64,000 nt of DNA from a virus (lineage: Duplodnaviria > Caudoviricetes), in the IMG/VR virus record IMGVR_UViG_3300011335_000457, positions 16,537 through 80,536 of that record; one strand, written 5' to 3'. Shown here piece by piece: positions 34,228 to 43,900 of the stretch. Position 1 is the first letter of the stretch. Every line of letters starts with the position of its first letter. The position numbers and the translations under genes were made by a program. The notes below the pieces were generated by a model. The model was not told the origin of the DNA. It made no database searches and saw only the letters and a list, made by a program, of their open reading frames with translations.

Positions 34228-36551
34228 TGGTACTACTACCAAATGCATACACTGTTTATAACTGCTGTGATTCAGATGTTACAGTAACAATCAATATTGC
34301 TGGTTTTGCATCAACATCAGATTATGTGTATACTTATACTGGTAGTACTGTCCTTATTGGAGGTGTTTTATTTAAGACAGGTAATTGTTATTTTATAAAA
34401 TCTGTTGGAAACTCTATTGCATTTACTGGTCCACCATCAACAGCTTTTACTTCAACTAATGTCAAAGCTTGTAATCTTACTCCTGCAGATGTTTGTCCTG
34501 AATGTTCAACTGTTCAACAATACTTAAAATTTGAGTCTTGTTGTGGTGAGGATCCTTTATATTTTCAAATACCAGTTGATGGATTCTATGAAGGTTTGTA
34601 TGAATATCTTGGAACACCAGTTTCAGGTCTAAAAAATATTTGTTATTCAGTCACATTAAATGATGTTGGTGTAGCACCAATACTGGATTTAACAGACTAT
34701 AGTTTATTACCAGCAGCTCCAATATTTACGGATGGTGTAACATACAGTGTATTATCTTTTGATAATTTAGATTGTGCTGATTATGTTTTAAAATGTCCAA
34801 CATGTGTTGTTCCTTGTTATACACTATATAACTGTGATGGTGAGTATTTTAATACTACAGTAGATTTATCTGCATATGTAGGAACACTTGACCCAATTCA
34901 AATATATGATGTAGATGGTACTATCCCAGGATCATGGTATGTTTTTCTTAATACAGGTAAATGCAATGGTGCAAATAATGGAATTGCAGTAAATGATGTT
35001 CGCCCTGCACCATGTGATTGTAAATGTTTTACAGTAGTTACTGATAGTGGAGTTAAAGGAAGATACATAGATTGTGATGGTAATATTCAAAAAATCATTG
35101 CTAATACTAGTTTTTGTTCTCTTGTTTATCCACTTGTTGAAAGTTCTGCTGGACCATATGAAGTAGCTGAAGGTGGTGCTTGTGTTGATGGAATATGTCC
35201 TATTCTATGTTATGAACTTACTGAATGTACTACAGGTCAAGTAATCACATCTCAGTCTCAAGGTTTAGCTCAGTACTTTATATCAGGAGAAGTGATAGAA
35301 CTTGTTGGTCATCCAGGATGCTGGCAAGTAACAAGTGATGAACCTGCAGACTGTAGTTGTCCAATAGATCTTACTATAACAATAGTACATGCTGATTGCC
35401 CAACTTGTATAGGTATTATAGCATACAAACTTACAAATTGTGAGAATGTACTTGATATCAAATATACTTATGATAATTTATCTGAGTATGTTGGTCAAAG
35501 TTTAAGAACAGACTGTGGATGTTATCTAGTAGAGTTAATTGACTTTCAACCTACAAGTACATCTCCTATAGTTATTATATCTTCATTTAATAATTGTGTT
35601 GAGTGTTTAAGAATATACTATGAACTTACAGATTGTAATGAAGTAGAGCCTTCTGTTTATACTTATACAAATTTATCAGGGTATTTAGGTCAGGTTATAA
35701 ATATCAAAGGATGTGACACTTGTTGGCAAATACAAGAAACAGATGCACCTATTAATCCTGGTATAGTTACAGTAACAGCATCTTTTCCTGATTGCCTAGC
35801 TTGTACTCCTCCATTACCTTGTTTGTGTAACAGGTTAACTAACTATGGTACTACTTCTAATTATTATGAGTATATTGATTGTGATGATAACAGTGTAACA
35901 TTAACTTTAGCAGTAGGAGAGACTACTGGAAAAGTATGTCTTAAAAGATGGTTAATAAATTATCCTGAAACAGACAATCTAGAAGTATTTGGTGATTGTG
36001 TTTTGGGTGGTGATTTTTGTTATGAATATGATATTACTATTGGTAGTGGATCAGGTGGAACACTTTATTATAAAAATTGCAGTGGTAATGTTGAGTCTAG
36101 ACTAGTTGCATCACAAAAATTTCCATACATAGAAACAATTTGTGGTGTTAATAATCAAACATCAAGTGATATATATATTGTAGGAGAGGGAACTATACGT
36201 TTTGAAAAAACTACAATATGTTATACACCAACACTTGTATGTCCAGAGACTAGACCTAAAAGAAAAATCACACCTGGATACTCTGTACCTACATGTGATA
36301 TAGACAAGTATGAAAAGATAACATGTAGATCATCTGAGATTCTTTACAAAGAAGTAATGAGACTTAGATATGGTATGAGTAACTGTTGCCCAGAGGATGA
36401 TGAGAAGTGGTTAATTAAAAAAGAATTAATTGATCTTGCAGCTTTAGTAGATCCAAATTATATATGTACACCAGTACAAACATGTGGTTGTGCACCAAGT
36501 TCATGTGGATGCGGATGCAGTTCTACACTTAAGACTTGCAATTCTCAATAA
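34227..36551 (+). CDS. Cys-rich repeat tail-fibre-like protein
   Basis: Repeated Y-x-L-x-x-C modules; Cys-rich C-terminus. Confidence 0.65.
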   Translation: MVLLPNAYTVYNCCDSDVTVTINIAGFASTSDYVYTYTGSTVLIGGVLFKTGNCYFIKSVGNSIAFTGPPSTAFTSTNVKACNLTPADVCPECSTVQQYLKFESCCGEDPLYFQIPVDGFYEGLYEYLGTPVSGLKNICYSVTLNDVGVAPILDLTDYSLLPAAPIFTDGVTYSVLSFDNLDCADYVLKCPTCVVPCYTLYNCDGEYFNTTVDLSAYVGTLDPIQIYDVDGTIPGSWYVFLNTGKCNGANNGIAVNDVRPAPCDCKCFTVVTDSGVKGRYIDCDGNIQKIIANTSFCSLVYPLVESSAGPYEVAEGGACVDGICPILCYELTECTTGQVITSQSQGLAQYFISGEVIELVGHPGCWQVTSDEPADCSCPIDLTITIVHADCPTCIGIIAYKLTNCENVLDIKYTYDNLSEYVGQSLRTDCGCYLVELIDFQPTSTSPIVIISSFNNCVECLRIYYELTDCNEVEPSVYTYTNLSGYLGQVINIKGCDTCWQIQETDAPINPGIVTVTASFPDCLACTPPLPCLCNRLTNYGTTSNYYEYIDCDDNSVTLTLAVGETTGKVCLKRWLINYPETDNLEVFGDCVLGGDFCYEYDITIGSGSGGTLYYKNCSGNVESRLVASQKFPYIETICGVNNQTSSDIYIVGEGTIRFEKTTICYTPTLVCPETRPKRKITPGYSVPTCDIDKYEKITCRSSEILYKEVMRLRYGMSNCCPEDDEKWLIKKELIDLAALVDPNYICTPVQTCGCAPSSCGCGCSSTLKTCNSQ

Positions 36552-36569
36552 TAATTAGTATATTATAAT

Positions 36570-38279
36570 ATGAAACCTTTAAACTTAGATAATAGACCAT
36601 GTAGCCCAATATCAAGTAACTGTGTTATTTGGCAGGGTCCAGATATTCCTTGCATTAAATTATGTACAGGAGATTCAGTATCTGATGTAATATTCAAACT
36701 GGCTACTGAGTTGTGTACTATAATGGACACACTAGATATTAAGAACTATGACTTGTCATGTTTTAATTTAGCAGCATGTCCTCCAGCTGATTTCCAAGCT
36801 TTGATACAATTTTTAATTGAACAGATTTGTGCTTCTCAAGGTATTGATACTACTAAAGTAGTAACAGCATCAGCCTGTCCAGATTGTGTTGTAACTGTTG
36901 CACCTTGTTTTGTAGTAAACGGTCAAACAACTATGCAGTTAGTTGACTATGTTACTGCTATTGGTAATAGAATCTGTAATATCATTGATCAAATAACATT
37001 AATCAATACACAGTTAACAAGTATACTGATTAGAGTTGAAGCATTAGAAAATGCACCAGCACCAGTTACACCTACACCTACTATTATAATTAACTGTGAT
37101 ATAGGTTCATTATCTGCAGGTGGTAGTTATGCTATTGACACTGTTTTAAATTCTTTATTAAACAATACAGCAAATGGCTATTGTACTTTATTAGATATAT
37201 TAGGTACACCTGCTGAAATTGGTGATGCATTAGTTCCAGCTTGTACTTTTGGTACAGATGTTACTACAGATCCTAATTGGACAGGAACTCCAACAACACT
37301 TGCAGAAAGTTTAACAAATGCATGGATAGTTCTTTGTGATGTTTATGCAGCTGTATCAACTGGTTTAGTAAACACAGATAATACAAACAGTGTAAGTTTA
37401 GATTTAACAGGTGGTGTACTAACTGCAAATATTCAAGATACAGGTTGGGTAGATTTAGCAGGTTTTGCTTGGTATGGTACATATAATAATACAAACAGAA
37501 GAGTACCACAATGCAGAAGAATTGGTAATGCTGTTCATTTTAGAGGAGTTGTAATGATACCATTACAAGATCCTGCAAATGGTCTTCAACCTTTAATCTG
37601 GGATTATAACGGAACAGCTCCTTTAACAGATACATATTTTACCAATACAACTATTACACCTTCTACAGCTGGAACAGGATCTGTTGTTTTGAATAATGGT
37701 GGTTCAATTACTTTTAATCAAGGAATTTCTGTTATACCAACTACAATACTTGATTCTGGAACTAAGTTTGATAATAATTATACATTAAGTCATAAGTTAG
37801 CATTTAGATTCATAAGGATAGATAGTTCTCCTACATATAGTGGAACTTTAACAACATTGTTAAAACCTGTCATTACTACTGATAAAAAATTAGCCCTAGC
37901 ACTAATAAAAGATTTTGAAGAAACTGCTGGAACAAATGGAACACCAAGTAATCCTTATAGCACATCTGTTGCTAATAATGTTATCTCTCATGTTAGAGCA
38001 GGAGAGTTTGTACCAAGATTTCAGAATTCAGGAAGTGTGATGGCAAGTTCTCCAAATAGTGGAACTTTAGATACAATTGCTTTACCAGCACCATTAGCAC
38101 CAGATACACAATATGTAAGTAATACAAAATTAGATTATGATTCTACATTAACATATCCATTTAGTTGTGATGGTAATGATGAAACAAATCTTGGTGGTTT
38201 TGGTTGGGTAGATCTAGATGGCTTAATAGCTTATGTAGATCCATGTACAACAGATATTAAAAATTATTCTTGTCCTTAA
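36570..38279 (+). CDS. Tail fibre/spike-like protein with Cys-rich N-terminus and coiled coil
   Basis: CSPISSNCVIWQGPDIPC; heptad stretch; beta-rich C-terminus. Confidence 0.65.
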   Translation: MKPLNLDNRPCSPISSNCVIWQGPDIPCIKLCTGDSVSDVIFKLATELCTIMDTLDIKNYDLSCFNLAACPPADFQALIQFLIEQICASQGIDTTKVVTASACPDCVVTVAPCFVVNGQTTMQLVDYVTAIGNRICNIIDQITLINTQLTSILIRVEALENAPAPVTPTPTIIINCDIGSLSAGGSYAIDTVLNSLLNNTANGYCTLLDILGTPAEIGDALVPACTFGTDVTTDPNWTGTPTTLAESLTNAWIVLCDVYAAVSTGLVNTDNTNSVSLDLTGGVLTANIQDTGWVDLAGFAWYGTYNNTNRRVPQCRRIGNAVHFRGVVMIPLQDPANGLQPLIWDYNGTAPLTDTYFTNTTITPSTAGTGSVVLNNGGSITFNQGISVIPTTILDSGTKFDNNYTLSHKLAFRFIRIDSSPTYSGTLTTLLKPVITTDKKLALALIKDFEETAGTNGTPSNPYSTSVANNVISHVRAGEFVPRFQNSGSVMASSPNSGTLDTIALPAPLAPDTQYVSNTKLDYDSTLTYPFSCDGNDETNLGGFGWVDLDGLIAYVDPCTTDIKNYSCP

Positions 38280-38289
38280 ACTTTAAATA

Positions 38290-38532
38290 ATGACAACAAC
38301 AAATACATGTAAGAAATGCGGATGTGAGGATAGCTTTATGCCAAGTCCTGCTCCATGTCCGACTCCACAAGGATGTCCTAACCCAGAACCATGTTCTGAA
38401 GTTATGGATGCTCAGTGTGTTATATACACTGGTCCAAACATTATGTGTGGTCCAAATATATTAATAGCTACAAATACAAATTTAGCTGATGCTTTACAAG
38501 CAATAGCAAATACCTTTTGTGCACAACCTTAA
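38290..38532 (+). CDS. Small Cys-rich protein sharing the CVI(W/Y)xGP module with the preceding gene
   Basis: CSEVMDAQCVIYTGPNIMC versus CSPISSNCVIWQGPDIPC. Confidence 0.6.
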   Translation: MTTTNTCKKCGCEDSFMPSPAPCPTPQGCPNPEPCSEVMDAQCVIYTGPNIMCGPNILIATNTNLADALQAIANTFCAQP

Positions 38533-38574
38533 AAAGAAGTTGCAGGTTTGTTGGTTTCTGTAACAAACAAGACA

Positions 38575-38604
38575 AGCCCTCACACTAGTGGGGGTTTTGT
38601 TTTT
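38575..38604 (+). terminator. Intrinsic terminator
   Basis: GCCCTCAC-ACTA-GTGGGGGT followed by a T-rich tract. Confidence 0.65.
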
Positions 38605-38654
38605 ATAGCTATATTTGCTAAAGTCATTAATTTTTAGTATATTAATATTATAGC

Positions 38655-39236
38655 ATGAAGGAATTTAAAAAACCAGATGTAAAAGCTCCTAGATTTAGAC
38701 CTGAAGTATACAATGTTCTAAATAAAGAGTTCTTTGAAATGTTTAAGGAAAAATATCCCAAGTATAAAACTGTGGATAACACTGTATTAAAAGGAATTGT
38801 AAAGAAGTTTAATACAACTGTTTATCAAACAGTAATAGATAAAAGAGATGGTGTACAATTACCAGAGACAATTGGTTGGTTGTTTATAGGAACATGTGAG
38901 CAGAGTAAAAAAAATAATATTGATTTTGCTAAGTCTGTAAAATATGGAGTTACTGTTTCAAATAAAAATTGGGATACAGATGGAAAATTAGCTAAGATAT
39001 TTTTTACATCACATGCACCAAGACACAAAATGAGAAATAAAGAATTCTGGAGTTTTGTAGCATGTAGAGAGTTTAAAAGATCTGTAGCTAAATCTTATCC
39101 TGAAAACTGGAATATGTATGTAGCTGTAGATGCTACTACTAAACTTAGACTTACATATCAAAAAGCTATTAAAAAACAAATGGCAATTAAACAGCAAAAT
39201 GCTGATTTGAAAACTTATAATGAATTTGACATATGA
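38655..39236 (+). CDS. Basic protein, possibly IHF/HU-like as in crAss tail modules
   Basis: Two helices then GVQLPETIGWLFIG; position before the ring proteins. Confidence 0.45.
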   Translation: MKEFKKPDVKAPRFRPEVYNVLNKEFFEMFKEKYPKYKTVDNTVLKGIVKKFNTTVYQTVIDKRDGVQLPETIGWLFIGTCEQSKKNNIDFAKSVKYGVTVSNKNWDTDGKLAKIFFTSHAPRHKMRNKEFWSFVACREFKRSVAKSYPENWNMYVAVDATTKLRLTYQKAIKKQMAIKQQNADLKTYNEFDI

Positions 39237-39895
39237 CAACTGTAGGTGAAGCTGTATCAAGAATAAGAAATGCTCTAAAGGCTGTTAAAGAAGATGCTTT
39301 TTTAACTGATAGAACTATTTATTTTTCTCTTAGTAAATATGCAAAAACTTTAATTAAAAGAGAAGACAATCAATTCAGGTTAATGAAGATGAGTCAGATC
39401 TTTCAAGTTTTACCATATGTAGAACTAATAGATGTTGATAGAGTTGAAGCAGGTTGTGTTGGTGTATACTCAGAATGTTATTTTAAAAGATCTAAAGACA
39501 AACTGCCTAGTATACTAGATGGTATGTTTGGTCCTATTATCCGTACTACATCTTCTATAGATGGATCTATAGAAATGTTCAGAACAGATCCTGGTACTTG
39601 GGTATCCATTACTAAGTCAAGTACATTTAGATATAATAAGAGACCATACTTTTGGTATCTTAATGGATATATCTACTGTCCTAATATAGATTGGGATGCA
39701 ATAAGAATAGAAGCTATATTTGAGAATCAGGCAGAGACTTGTGATACAGATGACTGTCTTATAAAACAAGACCAACCATTAGCTATACCAGATTATTTAT
39801 TTGCGGAAGCAGAACAATTTGTAATGAAAGAATTAACTACTGCTATGTCTGTACCAACTGATGGTGCTGATGATAGTCAAAACTCACTTAGATAA
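39233..39895 (+). CDS. Tail tubular/ring protein
   Basis: 220 aa; YFWYLNGYIY, IRIEAIFEN, LAIPDYL. Confidence 0.6.
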   Translation: MTTVGEAVSRIRNALKAVKEDAFLTDRTIYFSLSKYAKTLIKREDNQFRLMKMSQIFQVLPYVELIDVDRVEAGCVGVYSECYFKRSKDKLPSILDGMFGPIIRTTSSIDGSIEMFRTDPGTWVSITKSSTFRYNKRPYFWYLNGYIYCPNIDWDAIRIEAIFENQAETCDTDDCLIKQDQPLAIPDYLFAEAEQFVMKELTTAMSVPTDGADDSQNSLR

Positions 39896-40941
39896 TGGAT
39901 TATAATTACACTCTCCGCTATAGACCCTTTGATCAACTTTTAGAAGATGTATCAATAGACATGAACACTCTTGCTTTGGAAAATATGATAGAGCCTCAAC
40001 AGCTTATCAAAATTGCAAAGAAGATAAACTATGATCTTGGTCTTAGAATAAATCAAACTAAAGAAGTTATACTTGAAGTATGTCATGGTAAAGTAAAATT
40101 ACCTGATGACTTTTATACATTTAATTTTGCATTTATTTGTGGAGAGTATGAAGAACATGTAGGGTATGGTGGACTATCTGGTGGTACTAATATACAAGAA
40201 GTGCCGTATAAAGAAGTTCCCTCTACAGTAAATCAATGTGCTGTACCTACAGTTAACTGTTCAACATGTAATCATAACCCATGTAATAATACAGCAGCTT
40301 GTGAAGGTAGTGTGCGTCCTGTACAAAACTACATTCCAGGTGAGTATGATCCAAACAATCCTTATGGTGATACATGTATAAGACCAAGAGTCTTTATGAA
40401 TTGTAAAGGTGAAAAATGGGAACTTATACAAATAATCAATACTGGAGCAACAAGAAAATATTCTAGACTTGTACCACTAAGAATGAAACAAAGTCAAGAG
40501 ATAGAATGTGATTGCCCAAACCTTTATTATGACACAGCTAATCAAGGTTGGATAAAAGGAGGTTTTCTTTTTACTACATTTGATACTGGTAAAGTCTATG
40601 TGAATTATCAAGGAGCTATGGAAGATGAGGCTGGTAACTTACTTGTTCCAGATCATGACTTACTTAATGATTATTATGAGTATGCACTCAAACAAAGGTT
40701 ACTTGAAAACTTATTCATGAATGGAGAAGATGTTTCAGCAAGGTTACAACTTATTGAGCAAAGATTAAAAGCTGCAAGAAATCAAGCATTAAGTTTAGTT
40801 AACACACCAAACTTTAGAGAACTTGAACAGATGTGGTGGACTAACAGAAGAGCTCAGTATAGTAAGTATTATGATATGTTTAAAAGCTATTCTCCTAATA
40901 GAGCTTTTTATGGAATTAATGGCACATCTAGAGTAGTATAA
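39895..40941 (+). CDS. Tail ring protein with Cys-rich insertion
   Basis: 348 aa upstream of the muzzle gene. Confidence 0.6.
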   Translation: MDYNYTLRYRPFDQLLEDVSIDMNTLALENMIEPQQLIKIAKKINYDLGLRINQTKEVILEVCHGKVKLPDDFYTFNFAFICGEYEEHVGYGGLSGGTNIQEVPYKEVPSTVNQCAVPTVNCSTCNHNPCNNTAACEGSVRPVQNYIPGEYDPNNPYGDTCIRPRVFMNCKGEKWELIQIINTGATRKYSRLVPLRMKQSQEIECDCPNLYYDTANQGWIKGGFLFTTFDTGKVYVNYQGAMEDEAGNLLVPDHDLLNDYYEYALKQRLLENLFMNGEDVSARLQLIEQRLKAARNQALSLVNTPNFRELEQMWWTNRRAQYSKYYDMFKSYSPNRAFYGINGTSRVV

Positions 40942-40943
40942 TT

Positions 40944-43900
40944 ATGGCAGCGGAAAAAGGAAGTTTAAATAGTAATAACACTAATACCTTTATAAAAGGT
41001 TTACATAAAGATAGTGATCCAGCTTTCATTCAAGAAGGAATGTGGACATATGCTAGAAATGCTGTAAACAATACAATTGAAGGTGATGTAGGTACATTAT
41101 CTAATGAGGTATCAAATGCTCTTTGTTCTTCAGCTGGTTCTACAATTTCATTTCCATATAAATATATTATTGGAATGATCCACATGTATTCAGATAAATG
41201 GATTGTGTTTACAGCTTCTCATTCAACAGCAGTTGATATTACATCAAGAATGTCTGAGATAGGTTTATTTGAAGAAGCTTCATGTACATATAGACCAATA
41301 GTACAAGATAAATGTTTGGGTTTTAGAAAGACTAATTTAATTACAGGATCATCTAGAGAAAAAGAAGATTGTTCTTGGCAAGTATATTGGGCTGATGGAT
41401 TAAATCCAGATAGATACTTAAATGTTGGTGATCCAAAGACTTGGCCAGATTCAAGTTATTCATGGTTAGGTGGTGGTGCAAGTTCTATTAACTTTTATTC
41501 CAATGGAATAGCTCCTAATATTCTTTGGCCTGGTGTACAATGGGAACAAAAGTGTACTCCAATTAGTAGTAATACACCTTGTGAAACTTGTGTAGATGTT
41601 AATGTTTTAAATTGTAATAGAATAAGGCTTGCAAGATTAATGGATACACCATGCTTAAACTTGCGTGTAGGAGAAGGAGCTGGAGCATTACAAAATGGAA
41701 GTTATTATGCAACTATTGCATATACTATTAAAGGTGAGAAGATATCTGATTATTTTGCAGCTAGTAATGTACAACCTGTTTATACACTTGACAGTGCTCA
41801 AGGTTCATTAACATTAGAAATTGAAGCTGACACAGAAAACTTTGATGAGTTTCAGCTAGTTTTGGTTGGAAACATTAATGAAAATACAATAGCAAGGATT
41901 ATAGGTTACTATTCTACAGATACAATTAGAGTTAGTATAGATCAATTTAAACAGAGTCAAGAAGGTGTTGATATAACATTGCTTCCATTAATGACTCCTA
42001 TATTTGAAAAGTCAGATCAAATGGTTCAGCTTAATTCTTATTTATTAAGAGTAGGACCAACTACTAAGTTTGACTTTAACTATCAGCCTTTAGCTAATTT
42101 AATAAAGACTGAATGGGTGTCAGTAGAATATCCTGCAGATTATTATTTTAAAGGAGGTTCAAGAACAAATTATATGAGGGATGAGAACTATCCATTCTTC
42201 ATCCGTTGGGTATATGACACTGGAGATAAGTCTGCATCATATCACATTCCAGGAAGGGCTCCTAAACAATGGGGGCCTAATGGTATTTATGAAAATCAAA
42301 CATTCTCTAATGGAGATAGTTTTCCTGGTGATACTAAATTGTTTCAAACCATAAATACAGCTAGACAAGGTTCAGTAGTTCCTTACACACTTCCTGATGG
42401 TGGTGTTGTTATAGCTTCAGGTGAAATGGGTTATTGGGAATCTACAGAGATATATCCAAATAATAGACCTGACCTTTGGAACTCAAGTTATTATACATGG
42501 TCTCAAATAGAAGGCCTACCTCCATATGTAAATACAAATATATCAGACTATGATTTATGTGGTAAAAATATAAGACATCATAAGTTTCCTGAGAATGTAA
42601 TTTATAATGAAAACACAGGTCAGTTGTCTTCATCTACTAATGCACATCACTTCAGAAAAGATCCTGTGACAGGTGCTTTATTTATCAGGGTAATGGCAGT
42701 TAGATTTGATAACATAATTTTTCCAAAAGATAATGAGGGCAATGATCTTCCAGGTATTGTAGGTTATGAAGTATTAAGAGGATCTAGAGATGGTAATAAA
42801 ACTATTATTGCTAAAGGTATGTTAAATAACTTTAGAACATATAATAGAGTTGGTGTTCCTGCAAATACTAGAAAAGGTATGTACGCCAATTATCCGTACA
42901 ATACTATCATACCAGTAGGAAATACAACATCAGGACATAACCAGTATTACAATGATCCATTTATTAAAAGTGTAGATAACCAAGATAATGTATTAAATCA
43001 AGAAGTACCTTATAATATTATAAGTTTTCATTCACCGGATACAAGTTTTAGAAATCCATACTTGGCTACACCAGAATTAAAATTATACGGTCACTTAGCT
43101 GGTACAGCAACACAAAGATTCATAGAGCCACAAGGTCATCCTAAGTTTAAACTTATGACTAATGATGCTTTATGGATGATTATAATATCTGGTATAGCAG
43201 ATGCATTACTTAGATCATTAGGTAAGAAACAAATAAATTATCCACAAGGTGGTTTTACTGGACAGTTTGATTCATTGTGGGCTGTGACAGGTGGTGTAGG
43301 TGCTAACTTTTTACCTCCTAATTTACCAATATGGCCTACAGGTGCCGCATTGCCAAATAACACTGGTCCTCAAATTGCGGCTGCAGCAGCAAATATAACA
43401 TTTACAACTAACTTTGGTGTATATAATAATTTAGGTGGAATCTTAGCAGATCTTTTTGCAGGAACAGATTTATTACAAACACCATTTAATGTGCATAATA
43501 ATCAGATGTTGGCAGCGGGTGGTAATTATAATCCAATTACATATACATCAGATCCATCAGGTTATGCACTATTACCACAATGGGCACAAGTTTTGGCTGG
43601 TACAGTAGGTGGTGTTTCTCAAATTGCATTTTTCTTTTTAGATGGTGCATCAAGTACAGCTGATCTAATGTATGCTTTTGCTCCATATAGACAATATGCT
43701 TTACAACTTATTGGTCATGGTCTTTATGATAAGTTTGTTCCTTTTAATGTTAATGACACTAAGAGGTTTAAAATACAAGAGTCATTCTATATGAGTACTA
43801 ATGTATCTCAAGAGATTAATGATTACTTAAATACCAATACCAATACTATAGATAGCTTTACAATAAATAACTACAAGAGACCTAAGTTAGTTGTATTAAG

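Noticed and set aside
34227-38279. Diversity-generating retroelement targeting the fibre genes
   Set aside because: No reverse transcriptase and no template/variable repeat pair were noticed in the window
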